The notes beneath the pieces were generated by a model that did no database searches, had not been told where the DNA came from, and worked only from the letters and a program-made list of their open reading frames with translations. DNA of 64,000 nt from the human T2T-CHM13v2.0 reference genome, Homo sapiens, in the NCBI RefSeq assembly GCF_009914755.1, contig NC_060948.1. One strand, 5' to 3'. Position numbers and translations under genes: made by a program. Shown piece after piece: positions 27,281 to 40,933 of the stretch; position 1 is the stretch's first letter; every line of letters begins with the position of its first letter.

Positions 27281-27891
27281 TAGGAGGCAGGTGGTCCCAT
27301 GTACTCAGGCCCAACCTGGAGGGCTAGCCACAGAGGTGGTCTTGGCTTCTAACAGCTCTTAATAAGGCCACGTCAGGCAGACAGTGAGCTGGTTGTTTGG
27401 TAGCCATATCTTTGCATCGTGAACATGTCTTAGCAAAATGAGCCTGTGGTCTCATGGTGGGGAAATAGGCTGGGAGCTATGAGGTATTTCTCCTGGGGAG
27501 ACAAGAGGTGCAGTCTAGGAAAGGTGCCTCTTCACCTTAGGATTTCAGCAACAAGTGTCATGTGCATTGACACATGGAATGCACACAGTTCCACTGCTTT
27601 TTATTTCCTGCAAAGCGTCATGATAACTTTCATCATGGTGTTTTTAGTTCCGTCACTCATTAGAGAACACAAAGTGGTGAATGGTTCCATTGTGTTTTCA
27701 TTGCTCCCTTGTCTCCTTGGTCTTCATGCCGCATATTTGATTTAAGAGCAGGGTGTGCTAACATTGCATGGCACCAACTATTGCCTGAAGAACCCTCTGG
27801 ACTTGGGATCCTGAGAGAGGCTCTCTGAGCTTCTTTGGTGCTCCCACTCCTAAGCTGTTTTTCTGAGTTTGTATCTCTTTCTGGCCCTCAG

Positions 27892-27955
27892 AGTGATGGA
27901 ACACTATTGGCTATGGGTTCATATGATGGTTTCGCAAGAATATGGACAGAAAATG
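27892..27955 (+). CDS. TBL1Y: TBL1Y coding exon (about aa 245-266)
   Basis: cctcag|AGT...AAT G|gtaagt; 64 nt; SDGTLLAMGSYDGFARIWTEN. Confidence 0.96.
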
Positions 27956-28064
27956 GTAAGTCCTGCACCCCTCCTGCATGGGTCAGGTAAGAGGAGCTGC
28001 CATACATAACCCTTGATTGAACAGACCATGACAACAGAATCAACATGTTTGTTTTTACTAACAG

Positions 28065-28162
28065 GTAACCTGGCCAGCACCTTAGGCCAACATAAAGGCC
28101 CCATCTTCGCTCTGAAATGGAACAAAAAGGGGAATTATGTTTTGAGTGCTGGTGTAGACAAA
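28065..28162 (+). CDS. TBL1Y: TBL1Y coding exon (about aa 266-298)
   Basis: taacag|GT...AAA|gtgagt; 98 nt; [33 protein letters not shown]; follows a 109-nt intron with a TACTAAC branch point. Confidence 0.96.
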
Positions 28163-28253
28163 GTGAGTATTAGCTTAAAATATGCCCCTTTATCTATAGG
28201 TGCTTATTTACTATTTTTCTTTTTCTGTTTTAGGGGGGTGGGGAGTGGGGGAA

Positions 28254-28531
28254 CAGAGTCACTCTGTTGCCCAGACTGGAGTGCAGTGGCACCATCTCAG
28301 CTCACTGCAGCCTCCGCCTCAGCAGGGTTCAAGTAATCCTCCTGCCTCAGCCTCCTGAGTAGCTGGGATTACAGGCACCCACCATCATGCTCAGCAAATT
28401 TTTATATTTTCAGTAGAGACAGGCTTTTGCTATATTGGCCAGACTGGTCTTGAACTCCTAGGCTCAAGTGACTTTTCTGCCTCGGTCTCCCAAAGTTCTG
28501 GGATTACAGGTATGAGCCGCTTTGCCTGGCC
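28254..28531 (-). mobile_element. Alu
   Basis: Antisense Alu dimer; tail partly converted to G runs. Confidence 0.85.
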
Positions 28532-29504
28532 AATGATTTTTTTAAATCTCAAAATCTTGGCTTCTTGGATCTCTTAGGCTTTGTGCTTCCATTTAAGAAA
28601 TGAAAACGATTTGTTTAGGCTTTATTTTTGTGGTTTTGATCTTTCATATATTAAGAGATGTAGCATATCATCTCTTAATATATTCTGCTGTTCTGCAGAC
28701 CTCTGTGCAAAACTTCACTTTATTTGAGCTACATGGTTCAGTGATAGAGAGAGGAAGATCTCCACATTGCATTTGTTAGTTGCTGGAAGGAGCCATGTGA
28801 TGTGAGGCCTGCACTGCCTGAACTTTCACCCACTGAGGAACTTGAGTAGCACAGGCTGTGTGTGTTTCTCAGGCTTCAGGTATCCTCATTTGATCAACTG
28901 CTGCTTCTCAAAGTAGACAGTAGATTTCTCAGAGCAGGAATCTAGCAACCTGGGCACAAGGGCATACTCCCCAGATGGCCTACGAAGCCGTTTAGAATTG
29001 ACTTGCTGTGCCCCTGGGCAGGTCTACGGGGAGCCATGGTGGCATTAACTCCAGGTTCCTCTAAAAGCCATCAGTAGGGTGGGAACCCAGGGTGAAGAGG
29101 AAGGGGATGCAGACTTTATCACAGCCCTGAATCTGAGTTATCCAGAAATCTTGGCCTCTGTGGATTTTACTTTCCTCCTATGTCCAGTGGCAGGGCTAGC
29201 TGGAATGGTGACCCCAAACAGCCTTCCTGGAACAGTTGTGCATTCCCAAGACTCAGCAAGAATTCTAAGCCATGGCTTCAGAAAAGAATCATTATGTAGA
29301 ATTGAGAGAGAAAATAAAAGATGTTTGTTTTTACATCAATTTGTGTTTCTACAACTGAACAATGCTCAGGCTTCCACGAGACTTTGCATTTTGTGATGAT
29401 TTCGGGATAACTTGAAAACCTTAAGTAACAGCTTTCTGTTCGAAGTTATTATAAAATGACAGTCTTGACCTCTAAACATTGTCCCACTCCTAGAGAAGTC
29501 ATAA

Positions 29505-29731
29505 TTGCATTTGTCAAACTGTGGCCCACACAAGTCAAGTCTGGCCCCTCATTTGTTTCTTTAAGTAAAGTTTTATTGGTACACAGTCACACTCCTTTGT
29601 TGACACTTGTCCGTGGTTGCTTTCATGCTACAACAGCAGAGGTGAGCAGTTATAAGGGAGACCAGATGGCCCTCAAAGCCTGAAATTCCTACTACCTGGC
29701 CTTTGACAGAAAAAGCTTGCAGACCCCTGCA
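29505..29731. mobile_element. MER58A-like DNA transposon
   Basis: caaact..tggccc ... taaagttttattgg ... gacccctg. Confidence 0.7.
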
Positions 29732-29770
29732 CTAGGATATAACTAGGTTAAGAAATCATTCATTCATAAG

Positions 29771-29809
<39 letters not shown>

Positions 29810-30891
29810 GTTAACTCATCCAGTACTGCCCAGATAGGACACAGGCACAAGTATGATGAGTTTATATATTCTCTGCAATGTTAGATGGCTTTGACATGGC
29901 TAAATTAAGTTATATGCCAACAAATAAAGTAATGCTAATTGGTTGAGGGCTGACCCAAAACCCAAGATTAGCAAGTTTCAAAGACACTTCTTAGTTTCCT
30001 TTAAAAATGCTCACAGTCAACATAAAATAGGACTCAGTCTTAAAGCAAAATCTTGACTGACAGAGAGATGTAAACTTTATAATTAAGTTGAAAATTCCAG
30101 CTGATGAAGACAACATTCTAATGCTATTCATTGAACTGCTTCTCTAAATAATATTCCCAGCATCAGTATAAGTCCATAAGAATTCATGATCTACTTCATT
30201 TTTTGAGGTGGAAATCACCTTTTCTCCATCCTGACAGACCTGTACATTGATGCCCAGCCCCAGTGCAAGCCAGTGGCTCTGTCCCCATTTCTAGTGCCCC
30301 CAGTTCCTGGAATCACAGGCAAGGGCATTTTTAGAAATGACCTTTTATGCAGCCCTGCACTTGGAAAAGTGCCAAAATATCTTTAGAGATGATTTGTTCT
30401 AGGTTTTTCAACAGTTTTCTGCACTTGGGGATGAGGAAGAATCTCCACCAATTTTGGTATTCTTGCAAGTATTGGTTAGGCTTGCCCTGACCTTAAAACA
30501 GACACCAGCATCTGTGGCTGATGGGCTTATCAAATGTGGCTGTCCAGATTGTTAAGTGTGAAACATGGCGTGCTTCAAAGAGTTAGGATGGAAGAAAAAG
30601 AATGCAGATAGTGCAGTAAGAGTTTGACACTGATTACATGTTGAGATGGTATTATTTTAGGCGTATGGGAGTGAAATAAAAGATTGTTAATGAATTTTAC
30701 CAGTTTTTTTTTTAACTTTTAATATGGATCCTAGAGAATTAAAATTAACCCATGAGGCTTGCTTTCTATCTGTATTGGACAGTCCTGGTTTATAAGGAGA
30801 GAGGCTCACTGTCTTTTCTTGTATGATACATGTTACTAGAGTAAACTTTGTGGGAGTAATTACTAACTTTTCCTTTGTTTGCGGAGCACAG

Positions 30892-30952
30892 ACAACAATA
30901 ATTTGGGATGCTCACACAGGAGAAGCCAAACAGCAGTTTCCTTTTCATTCAG
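30892..30952 (+). CDS. TBL1Y: TBL1Y coding exon (about aa 299-319)
   Basis: gcacag|ACA...TCA G|gtgagt; 61 nt; [20 protein letters not shown]. Confidence 0.95.
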
Positions 30953-31000
30953 GTGAGTCTTTATGTTTGTGTTTTGTAATTTGAAAATAATTCAAAATTA

Positions 31001-31241
31001 GGCTGGGTGCAGTGGCTCACATCTATAATCCAAGCACTTTTGAAGGCTGAGACGTGAGGCCCACTTGAGTCTCATGTCTCAAGTGAGACTCCTAGACGTG
31101 GTCTAGGAGTTCAAGACCAGCCTGGGCAATATAGCAAGACCCTGTCTCTACAAAACATGAGATGGGATGGGACGGGATGGGTTGGGACAGGACGATGAGG
31201 TAGCCGGACATGGTGCCACACACCTGTAATCTCAGCTACCC
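31001..31241 (+). mobile_element. Truncated, rearranged Alu with a (GGATG)n linker
   Basis: Alu left arm with an internal insertion; right arm truncated. Confidence 0.85.
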
Positions 31242-32262
31242 AGATGACTTTAGACTGATTTAAAATGGACAAAAGGGGGTAGGTGACACTTCCATTAATG
31301 ACGAATGTCTGATCCATCTTGAGGGAATCCCTCAATGTATGCAGCAAAAGTTGATTATTTTATCAGCTGTCCCTGGAGCATGGTCCAGGAGGATATCTGA
31401 GTGTCTTTCTTGTTGGACAGTTGGGGTGCTTAAATGATGTTCTGAATGGGAGGGTAACCTCCAGGACTGTCCAAGATGGCGTAGCCCATCTCAGTGCCTG
31501 GGGAGGACTGCAAGCAGAGGACATGGGTCCTGCAGGAAACAAGATCATAAGCCAAAAGTCCTGTTGAGGCATGATGTGTAGGCGTCCACATCTGTTATTC
31601 CACGCAGTACTGTAGCAGGGACTCAATGAGCTTCCTCATACAGGCAGCTCAGAGAGTAAGGGAGACCCAGTGAGGACACTGTTTCTGCTCTGCTGTCCTG
31701 GAGAGGGAGAGAATCTCTTCTGTGGCCAATCCTGTACAGCTTTGGACCTACACCAAATACACCTCTAGGGCTGCTGGTGAAATTCTTTATTGGTGTTGCT
31801 TTAATTGAACACCATTGATGAGGTAGATGGTGCTGAGCATACTGGAGACAAATGGCTCCAAATGGAGGCAGCACATGCATGACCTCATCCAGGAATGTTC
31901 TTCACCCTAAAATGGAAACCCCCTACCTATTCAGTCTTTCCCCTGCCCCCTGGCAACCCCACTTACAGCTTGTGATCTCTATGTCATCTCCATGCCAGAC
32001 AATTGCTACTCTGTGTTCTAGACTGTGCAAATCAAAGCAGCTGTCTAGTGAGAATGCCATTACTGCTAGAGTTCCATCACATGGCTTAAATGTCAAAATC
32101 TACCTTTGCGGACAGGAAGGGTTCCGTAACAAATTCACATCCCTAGAATACCAGACATGCAGACCTGGGGAGTAAGGGGGGATGTCTAATGCAGAAAGAT
32201 CTGACTTCTGTTTTTCAGAGAAAAATATGCCCAAGGTAAACATCAGTGAGGTTCCTCTAATT

Positions 32263-33234
32263 CTTTTTTTTTTTTTTTGAGACTGAGTCTCACTCCATCA
32301 CCCAGGCTGCAGTAGAGTGGCTCAATCTCGGCTCAGTGCAACTTCCACCTCCTGGGTTCAAGCAATTCTCCCACCTCAGCCTCCCAAGTAGCTGCAATTA
32401 GAGGCACCCGCCACCACACCCAGCTAATTTTTGTATTTTTAGTAGAGATGGGGTTTTGCCATGTTGGCCAGGCTGGTCTCGAACTCCTGACCTCAGGTGA
32501 TCCACCTGCCTTGGCCACCCACAGTGCTGGCATTGCAGGTGTGAGGTACCGCACATGGCCAAGTTTCTCTAATTCTTCTATCTTAGGAATTTGTGTTGTC
32601 TTTCAGCAGAAAATAATCCTTCCCAAAGTGACCCCAGAGACTGATGGAAGGATTTTCTCCCCGCTGGCCCAACAAGACCACAAACTGCATGTTCTGAATT
32701 GCATGAGCTTCTTCTTACCTATAATCTGGCTGGCCACGAGGTAGATCCAATTCCCATCAGTAGGTAGGATATGTCTAGGCATTTCTTGCTTGCTGTTTGG
32801 TGTCAGGCAGTTCAAGATGAAGAGAAAGAAGCTCACTCTTCCAGGAGGAACACAGCTGTGAAGAGCTGTGAGGAGTGCCTTCTGTGGCTGTGGCAGGCTT
32901 GTGTTTTCCCCATGTTTCCATTTATGTAACATTGTCACTATGATAAAATGATAGAGGCTGGGTGCAGTGGCTCATGCCTGTAATCTCAACATTTTGGGAG
33001 GCTGAGGCAAGTGGATCATCTCAAGTTAGGAGTTTGAGACCAGCCTGACTGACATGGTGAAACCCTGTCTCTATTAAAAACAAAAAATTAGCCGACCTGG
33101 TGGTGGGCACCTGCAATCCCAGCTTCTCAGGAGGCTGAGGCAGGAGAATCCCCTCAATCAAGGAAGAAGAGGTTCAAGAGCTGAGATCGTGCCACTGCAC
33201 TCCAGCATGGGCAACAAGAGCAAGACTCCATCTC

Positions 33235-33262
<28 letters not shown>
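32263..33262. mobile_element. Inverted AluS pair (32263-32560 minus; 32956-33262 plus)
   Basis: Two full dimers head to head about 400 bp apart. Confidence 0.88.
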
Positions 33263-33265
<3 letters not shown>

Positions 33266-34220
33266 AGAGAGAGAGAAACCAGGGACTGAGCAGTGGTGCA
33301 GGAGTTTGGGAAGGGTGTGAGGAACAGTGGCCTGCTGATACAGTAGCATGAGGGAGATCTTAGTGAGGATGGAACACTGTGGGTCTCAATTGCAGCCGTA
33401 CACATCTACCCATGTGAAAAAATGACACAGAGCACTCTATAGGCAAATTGCATCAATGTCAACTTTCCAGTCTTTATACAAGTCTACAGCTACACAAAAA
33501 GTAATTATTATAGGAACCTGGATGAAGGAGACAGAGGACCTGTCTGTGTTACCTTTGAAGCTTCCTGTAAATCTCTTAGTATTTCCGAAGGAAAATGTTG
33601 GACTGGGCCCAGAAGAATTAGGGCTATTGAAGCACACTGGCCTATGCATGGCAGGGAGGGCAGAGTCCCCCAGCATAGCTCAGCCCTCTTACTGGCCATT
33701 CACCCATATGGTTCCAAGCATCCTGGCTGCTGGAGCTGACTCAGAGTAGGGCCAACTGCCTGAGGACAAGGGGCCTTCCTTTTAGATGGGAGAGTCATCA
33801 AGTGCTGGTCACCATCTTCTGGACTGCTCACCACATTGTCACATTTCCAGGTATATTAATTGCATGCCTGAAGCAGAGACTGGACCAGGAATTTGCCATT
33901 TACCTCAGGCAATGTTGTAAACAAGAACTAGGAAAATGGGTCAAGAACTGTCATGAAACATGCTCCTGAGGAAGCAATGAAAGAGATGATCTCGGCTGTG
34001 GAAAAGACTACTGTTGACACCCATATCTTCCTACACACACCTTCTGCCTGGGGGTGAAGCTGGATGGGGAAGTGAATGGGGTCCCTGCACTAATGGACAA
34101 TAAACTCATGGAGGGTCGCACCTCTCATTTAGAGACTGAGGAAGGGCCAGGGCAATCGATATTCAGAGAAAGCTGGATTCTTCTCAGTTCAGCATTGACT
34201 GCCTTTAAGAAATGCACACA

Positions 34221-34522
34221 GCTGGACACAGTGGCTCACTCCTGTAATCTCAGCACTTTAGGACATCAGCATGGGAGAATTGCTTGAGGCCAGCAGTTTG
34301 AGACCAGCCTGCACAACACAGCAAGACCCTGTCTCTGCCAAAAACCATTGTTTTTAAATGAGCCAGGCATGGTGGCTCACACTAGCAGCCTAGCTACTCT
34401 GGAGGCTGAGGTGGGAAGATCAAGTGAACCCAAGAGTTCAAGGCTCTAGTGAGCTATGATTGTGCCACTGCACTCCAGCGTGGATGACAGAGCAAGACCA
34501 CATCTGCAAAGGAAAAAAAAAA
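34221..34522 (+). mobile_element. AluJ
   Basis: Diverged Alu dimer. Confidence 0.85.
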
Positions 34523-36377
34523 GACACATAAGATGGGCTTCTGTATTGGTCAGTTGTTGAGGACATTGTGGCCAGAGCCTAGCAGAAGTTAACCCTCTAT
34601 TTTCCCTAGAAGCAATTCTTCAGTGTTGGCTAATTCAGTGTTTGCAGCTAGCTTGGGAAATATAACTTGGCAAACAACAGAATGGACCATACTATTTAGG
34701 AAAACCAATGAGAGTTCTTGGTTGGGCATTCTTGTAGAATTGCCATAACCCCACCTTCTCTCCTGGTACATCATGGAGCCCACTCAGTAGCTAAAAGTAA
34801 TTTCCACTGGCTTGTGTGGGAAGCACAGGGATAGAAGAGCTGGTCAGATGTTGATGGGTAGCCCTCAAAACCCAGAGCTCCCTGCTCCTTAAGGCATTAC
34901 CCTCTTTAATTAGCATGAACCCTAGGAAGGGAGAGCCTTTCTCTGCATTTTACATGTAATTGAACACAGTACTTTTCACATCCCTAAGTTAGTCCCTTTG
35001 ATAATCAGGGTTTTGTGCACACAGCTGGGTTCAGAGGTCCTCTACATATGAAAAGTCTCATGATGATCCTTAATAAGAGAGTGGGTTGCTCAGAGTCTTC
35101 AGGGGAAAAGAGGAGATTGTTTGAGAAGGCACCTCTTCCCCTGTGTCCTCCCATCTTGGCATCCCATGGCCTTTTTTCTTGCTTATCAGTTCTCTGTCAT
35201 GAGGTGGGAGTGAGTCTAGGGAGTGCTTTGCTGGCATGGCCCCTGCAGTGGAGAGAGGCCAGGGATCTGAGCACAGCATGCCTGCTGGCCCCTAGGAATG
35301 CCAGTGATCCCTGCTGCCAGTGAGCATCTGAGAGGAAGGGAAATAGCCACTCACAGCCACAGCTTCTCACCCCCACCACTCTCTGCTAGAGGATAGGAGT
35401 GAGCAGTTGAAATCACAGTTCCCCAGACTCAAAAAAGGATGAGAGTGCAGGGTTGCACCTGCTATGGGAACTTCCACACCCCCAGCTCATTCCATGTCTT
35501 GGGCACTTTGCTGATCTCCTGAGATGCTTCATCTTGCTCATTTCCCCCCTTGTCTGGGACAACTTGCAACATCTGCGTCTGCAGCTGAGACTCCAGGAAG
35601 CCATTGACCTGCAGCTGCATGTCAGTAATGGGGCAGAATGAGGAATGAGGCCCAGTTGCTAGGACTTCAGTGCCCTTGCTGTCACCCATATTTCCAGTGC
35701 CTCTCAGGACATGGTCCAGCATTGTGAAGTCAGACCTTCTGAGGACAGAACCAGAGCCTGGCTTTTAACTAGGGCCCTGGACATTTTGGTGCATTGGGAA
35801 GTTGCCAGATTTCTAGTTTCCATCCTAGGAAAGAAACCAGAAGGGAGAGAACAAGACCCACAGCTGTAATTATACAACGGGAGTTCAGCTTTACGTTGTT
35901 CTGAACCACCTGGACCTGAGAAAGGCTCAAAGTCAGGGAGAGTGTTGGTCACAGGCCCTGAGGCATATGTCCTATTTCATCCCCAAAGGGTTTCTTGTTG
36001 ACTGTAATTATCTCCCAGTCAGTGGGATGCATTAATGGATTTCAGGAGGCTTTTTTTTTACATATATTGAGGTATCTTGAAAATAGGGCAAGAAATTCTT
36101 CCTCTCCTTTTTTCTCCTTTCTGTCTGAAGTAGAATCAAATTAGCTCATTGCAGTGATACTGCTGGAAGCAGCCAGGTGCAGAGTAGGCAGGGCAGCTCT
36201 CTCACCTGCCCTTCTTATCTGTGCCATGGGAGCAGGAGATTCTGCAGGCCCTGGGGCACAGGAAATGTCATGAAGCCTTTTTTCTAGGACATCTTGTCAT
36301 CCCTGCCAACATGGCAGGAGAGGGTCTTTAAGGTCTTGAAAGGAAGGAAGGAAGGAAACTGTGATCACACACGGGAC

Positions 36378-36382
36378 TGTTT

Positions 36383-36415
<33 letters not shown>

Positions 36416-36968
36416 GTGTTTTTTTGAGACAGGATTCTTGCTCTGTGGCCAGTCTGGAGTGCAGTGGTCCAATCTTGGCTCACTGCATCTCCATCTCCTG
36501 GGTTCAAGCCATTCTCCTGCCTCCATCTCTCAAGTAACTGGGACTACAGGCGTGTGCCACCACACCTGGCTAATTTTTGTATTTTTTAGTAGAAACTGGA
36601 TTTCACCATGTTGGCCAGGATGGTCTTGATCTCAACCTCATGAACCTCCCACTTCGGCCTTCCAAAATGCTGGGCTTATAGGCATGAGAGGCCAAGGCCG
36701 GAGGATTGCTTGAGTTGAACACTAGCTTGGACCATGTAGGGAGACCCCATCTCTACAGAAAATTTTAAAATTAGCTTAGTGTGGTGGCATACACCTGTAG
36801 TCCCAGCTACTCGGGAGGCTGAGGCGGGAGGATTCCTTGAGGTTGGGACACTGAGGTGGGAGGACCTCTTGAGCCCAGGAATTTGAGGCTGCCATGAGCC
36901 GTTAAGCCACTGCACTCCAGCCTGGGTGACAGAGCAGGCCCTGTCTCTAGAATAAATAAATAAGTAAA
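36378..36968. mobile_element. Fused head-to-head Alu pair
   Basis: Minus Alu 36378-36688 abuts plus Alu 36686-36968; both lack their 5' ends. Confidence 0.88.
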
Positions 36969-37063
36969 CTAAAGAGGCTTCTTGACTCTGCTGTTCATTG
37001 TTGTAAATCCATAGAGCTATGCACACAGTGAATAACTGCAGATGTCCTCCCTCCCTGCTGCAG

Positions 37064-37185
37064 CCCCCGCCCTTGATGTGGACTGGCAGAACAACATGAC
37101 CTTTGCCTCCTGTAGCACAGACATGTGTATCCATGTGTGCAGGCTCGGCTGTGACCACCCAGTCAAAACCTTCCAGGGACACACA
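37064..37185 (+). CDS. TBL1Y: TBL1Y coding exon (about aa 319-359)
   Basis: ctgcag|CC...ACA|gtaagt; 122 nt; [41 protein letters not shown]. Confidence 0.96.
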
Positions 37186-37530
37186 GTAAGTGAGAGCTCT
37201 TGTCACTGGTCTCGAGTTCATGAGAAGGTGATGTGGGAGCCAATTCTTGTATGCCTAGAATTAAAATATACTGCAGCAGCAGACCATTTCTTCTGCAGCC
37301 CTTGGCTGCTTGAGCTATAGTGGCCAATTCAGGTGGATGGATTCAACCACTTTGGGGTGTGCGTTGAGAACATTTGACCTGGAAATGGTGTAGTTGGTGG
37401 ACTTGGCATCAAAGCCTATAAGGTAGCTATGAGAAAAACATAGGGCACATAAAGGAAGGGATGTTCACAATAAATGAATAGATGGGGCACATCTGCAATG
37501 AATGGAAAAAAATACGTCATTAAAAATCAA

Positions 37531-37790
37531 GGCTAGGAACAGTGGCTCACACCTATAATCCCAGTACTTTGGGAGGCTGAGGCCAGATAATTGCTCGAGG
37601 CCAGATAATTGCTTGAGTTCAAGTCCAGCCTGGGCAATACAACAAAACCCTGTCTCTGCAAAACAAATTTTAAAAATAAGCTAGGTGTGGTGGTGTGCAC
37701 CTGTTGTCTCAGCCCAGGAGGTTGAGGCTGCAGTGACTGCGATCACACCACTGTACTCCAGCCTAGGCAACAGAGTGAGATCTGTTTAAA
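37531..37790 (+). mobile_element. AluJ with internal duplication and deletion
   Basis: gaggccagataattgct occurs twice. Confidence 0.8.
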
Positions 37791-37861
37791 TTAATTTTTT
37801 AAAAAAGGAAATTTGAGAACTGAGAAGTATAATGTCGCAATTGAAAATCTTAGTAGGTGGG

Positions 37862-38241
37862 TGTATTGGGCTGTTCTTGTATTGCTATAAACAAATACCT
37901 GTGACTGGGTAATTTATAAGATATTTAATTGTCTTAAAGTTTTGCACCTGTATAGAAAGCATCTGCTTCTGGGGAGGACTCAGGAAGCTTACAACCATGA
38001 CAGAAGGTAAAAGGTGAGCAGGTGTCTCACGTGGCCAAAGTAGGAGCAAAAGAGAGGGGCTGTGGAGTATTACACACATTTAAACCACCATATCTCGTAA
38101 GAACTCACTCTCATGAACACAGCACCAAGCCATGAGGGATCTGCCCTCTTGATCCAAACACCTCCCACCAGGGCCCACCTCCAGCATTGGGATTACAATT
38201 CAACCTGAGATTTGGGTGGGGAAAAATATCCATCTTCATCA
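37862..38241 (-). mobile_element. MST (MaLR) solo LTR inserted in an old L1M fragment (about 37800-38660)
   Basis: TSD GTGGG at 37857 and 38242; A-rich L1 ORF1-like flanks. Confidence 0.82.
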
Positions 38242-39769
38242 GTGGGTTTACTAGCAGGTTGAAGACTGCAGAAGTAAAGTTAGAGATCACAGAAATTTGC
38301 CAGTTTGAAGAACACATAAAAGACTGAAAAATGAATAGGGGCTTACGGGCCTGTGGGACAATATCAGGCAGCCTAAAGATGTGTGCATAATGGGGAAAGA
38401 AGAAAGAATGAAACAGGAAAATCATTTGAGGCAATAATGGCCAATTTTTTCTAAATTTGTTGGAAAACATCATTTAATTTGAGAAGCTCAGGAAATCTCA
38501 AGCAGAATAAATATGAACAGAACCACACCTACCCACCTAGGCATATGGTTATCAAACATCAAATTTAATGACAAAGAAAATCCTAAAAGCAAGCAAAGAC
38601 TGAAAAAGGTCCTGTTGTATACCAAGGAACAACAATATGAATAGCAGCCAACTTAACAAATTCCTTACTGTGGGCTCTGAGGCTCTTTCTGGTCTTTTCA
38701 TCAGATATCTCTCAAATTCTCCAATTGTTATGATCTCTTACCTTACTTCTGCAATCGCCGGTATACCATTAAACACATTTATTAGTCTCAGCCTCCTGGG
38801 CTAGTGTCCAAAACACCCTGTGCCTCTGTCTTCCTAAAGACATGTGCAGCCAAGCACCTCAACCCATGCTAAGGCCTTCCTGGAACAGTCCCTGACTTAG
38901 ACTCCCACAGCAGCCCTCAGTCTGATACAGACTCTTCTCCATCCTCCAGGCCCATTTACATGTCCTGTGCACACCCCTGGGATAATTCATGGCACCTCCT
39001 GAGCTCTCATTGCCCATGTGAATACCACAGCCCTGACAGTGGCTGTTGGCCTGTGTGCCTGTCTCTCCCAGAAAATGCAGAGCACATCAACAGTGATCCC
39101 AGGAGGGCCCATGGCGTCTTGCCTTTCTCTCACCAGCATCCAGAATATCTTTCCTTGCTAGGAGCTGGGGGATCCCCTGTTAAAGCAGGAGAGGACGATC
39201 GCGTTCCTGGAGATTTGCCATCATGTCACTAACTTAACTGATGTAAATTCCATTTTTCTCTTTCCCCTAGTGCCCATCTCACCCCACCCCTGGGCCAAGG
39301 TTCCCCACCCCAAAGGAAGGCACTTTTAGAGCACAGGCATTTGTTATCCTGTTTACATCTCCTGGCTCCAAACTGACTCTTTTTCTGATCTAAATTTATT
39401 TCTCCTCTAACCCTGGACTATCCTCAAGTTTTTGAGAGAGCTGCACACACTGTTTCTGGTTCCCAACTGTCCTGCTCCAGACCTTGCCACCAGCATGGGA
39501 CTTGACCCTTTAAGTGGGTCATACTGTGGCTGATGGCCCTAAACAAAGCTCCAAGTCACTGGGGTTGAGTGTAGACCTACAAGCCAGCTCTGGAGGCAAC
39601 CCAGGAACTGGGACTTGGATTGGAGGCTGTAGGATCAACTCTCAAGAAAAAATGTGTTCCTTTATGTGAGTTTGGATGCAGACAGGCCAAGGTGACCAGC
39701 TCCACATTCTGGGCCTGTGGGATTTCCTTTCCACAGCTGCAGTGAGAGTCACTCTTGCTAGCCTAGCAC

Positions 39770-40280
39770 CCACATTCACACTCACACATACTTAAGAATG
39801 CTCACTCTCTCAGCCCCCTCTTCAGTGGCCCCCTCCACCCTCCCTGGTCTCTCCCAGTAGTCTGCTCCCAGCACAAACATTCATGCTCACAGGCACTAAG
39901 CACATTCTCATCTCCCTCTTCAGCAGGCCCCTTCTGCCTCCCTGGGCTCTCCCAGCAGGCTGCTCCTGGGTCATATGTCCATGTTCATAGACACCTAAGC
40001 CTGCTCACACTGTCAGCCTCCTCTCCAACCGGTCTGCTGCACCCTTTCCAGATTCTCCCAGCAGCCTTCTGGAACAGACATCCATGCTCATAGACACATA
40101 AGCATGCTCACAGCCCCCTCTTCAATAGGCCTTGTCTGCCCTCCCCTCCATCCCAGCAGCCTGCTCCTGGAAGACACATCCATTCTCATAGACACCTTTG
40201 CAGGCTGACACTCTGTCAGGCCCCTCTCCAGCCAGCCCCCTCCACCCTCCCTGGGATTTCACAGCAGCCTATTCCTTGGC
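39770..40280. repeat. Diverged tandem repeat, about five units of about 100 bp
   Basis: Recurring cccagcag..ctgctcc..catccatgctcatagacac..aagcatgctcac. Confidence 0.8.
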
Positions 40281-40325
40281 CATCACGCTTGTTTCTCCAT
40301 TTCCTGGGCCACCCATACCACATAG

Positions 40326-40933
<608 letters not shown>

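Noticed and set aside
36676-37221. Longest ORF in the track (181 aa, minus strand)
   Set aside because: Antisense read-through of a TBL1Y exon plus Alu sequence; many other track ORFs (LECSG, PASAS motifs) are likewise Alu translations
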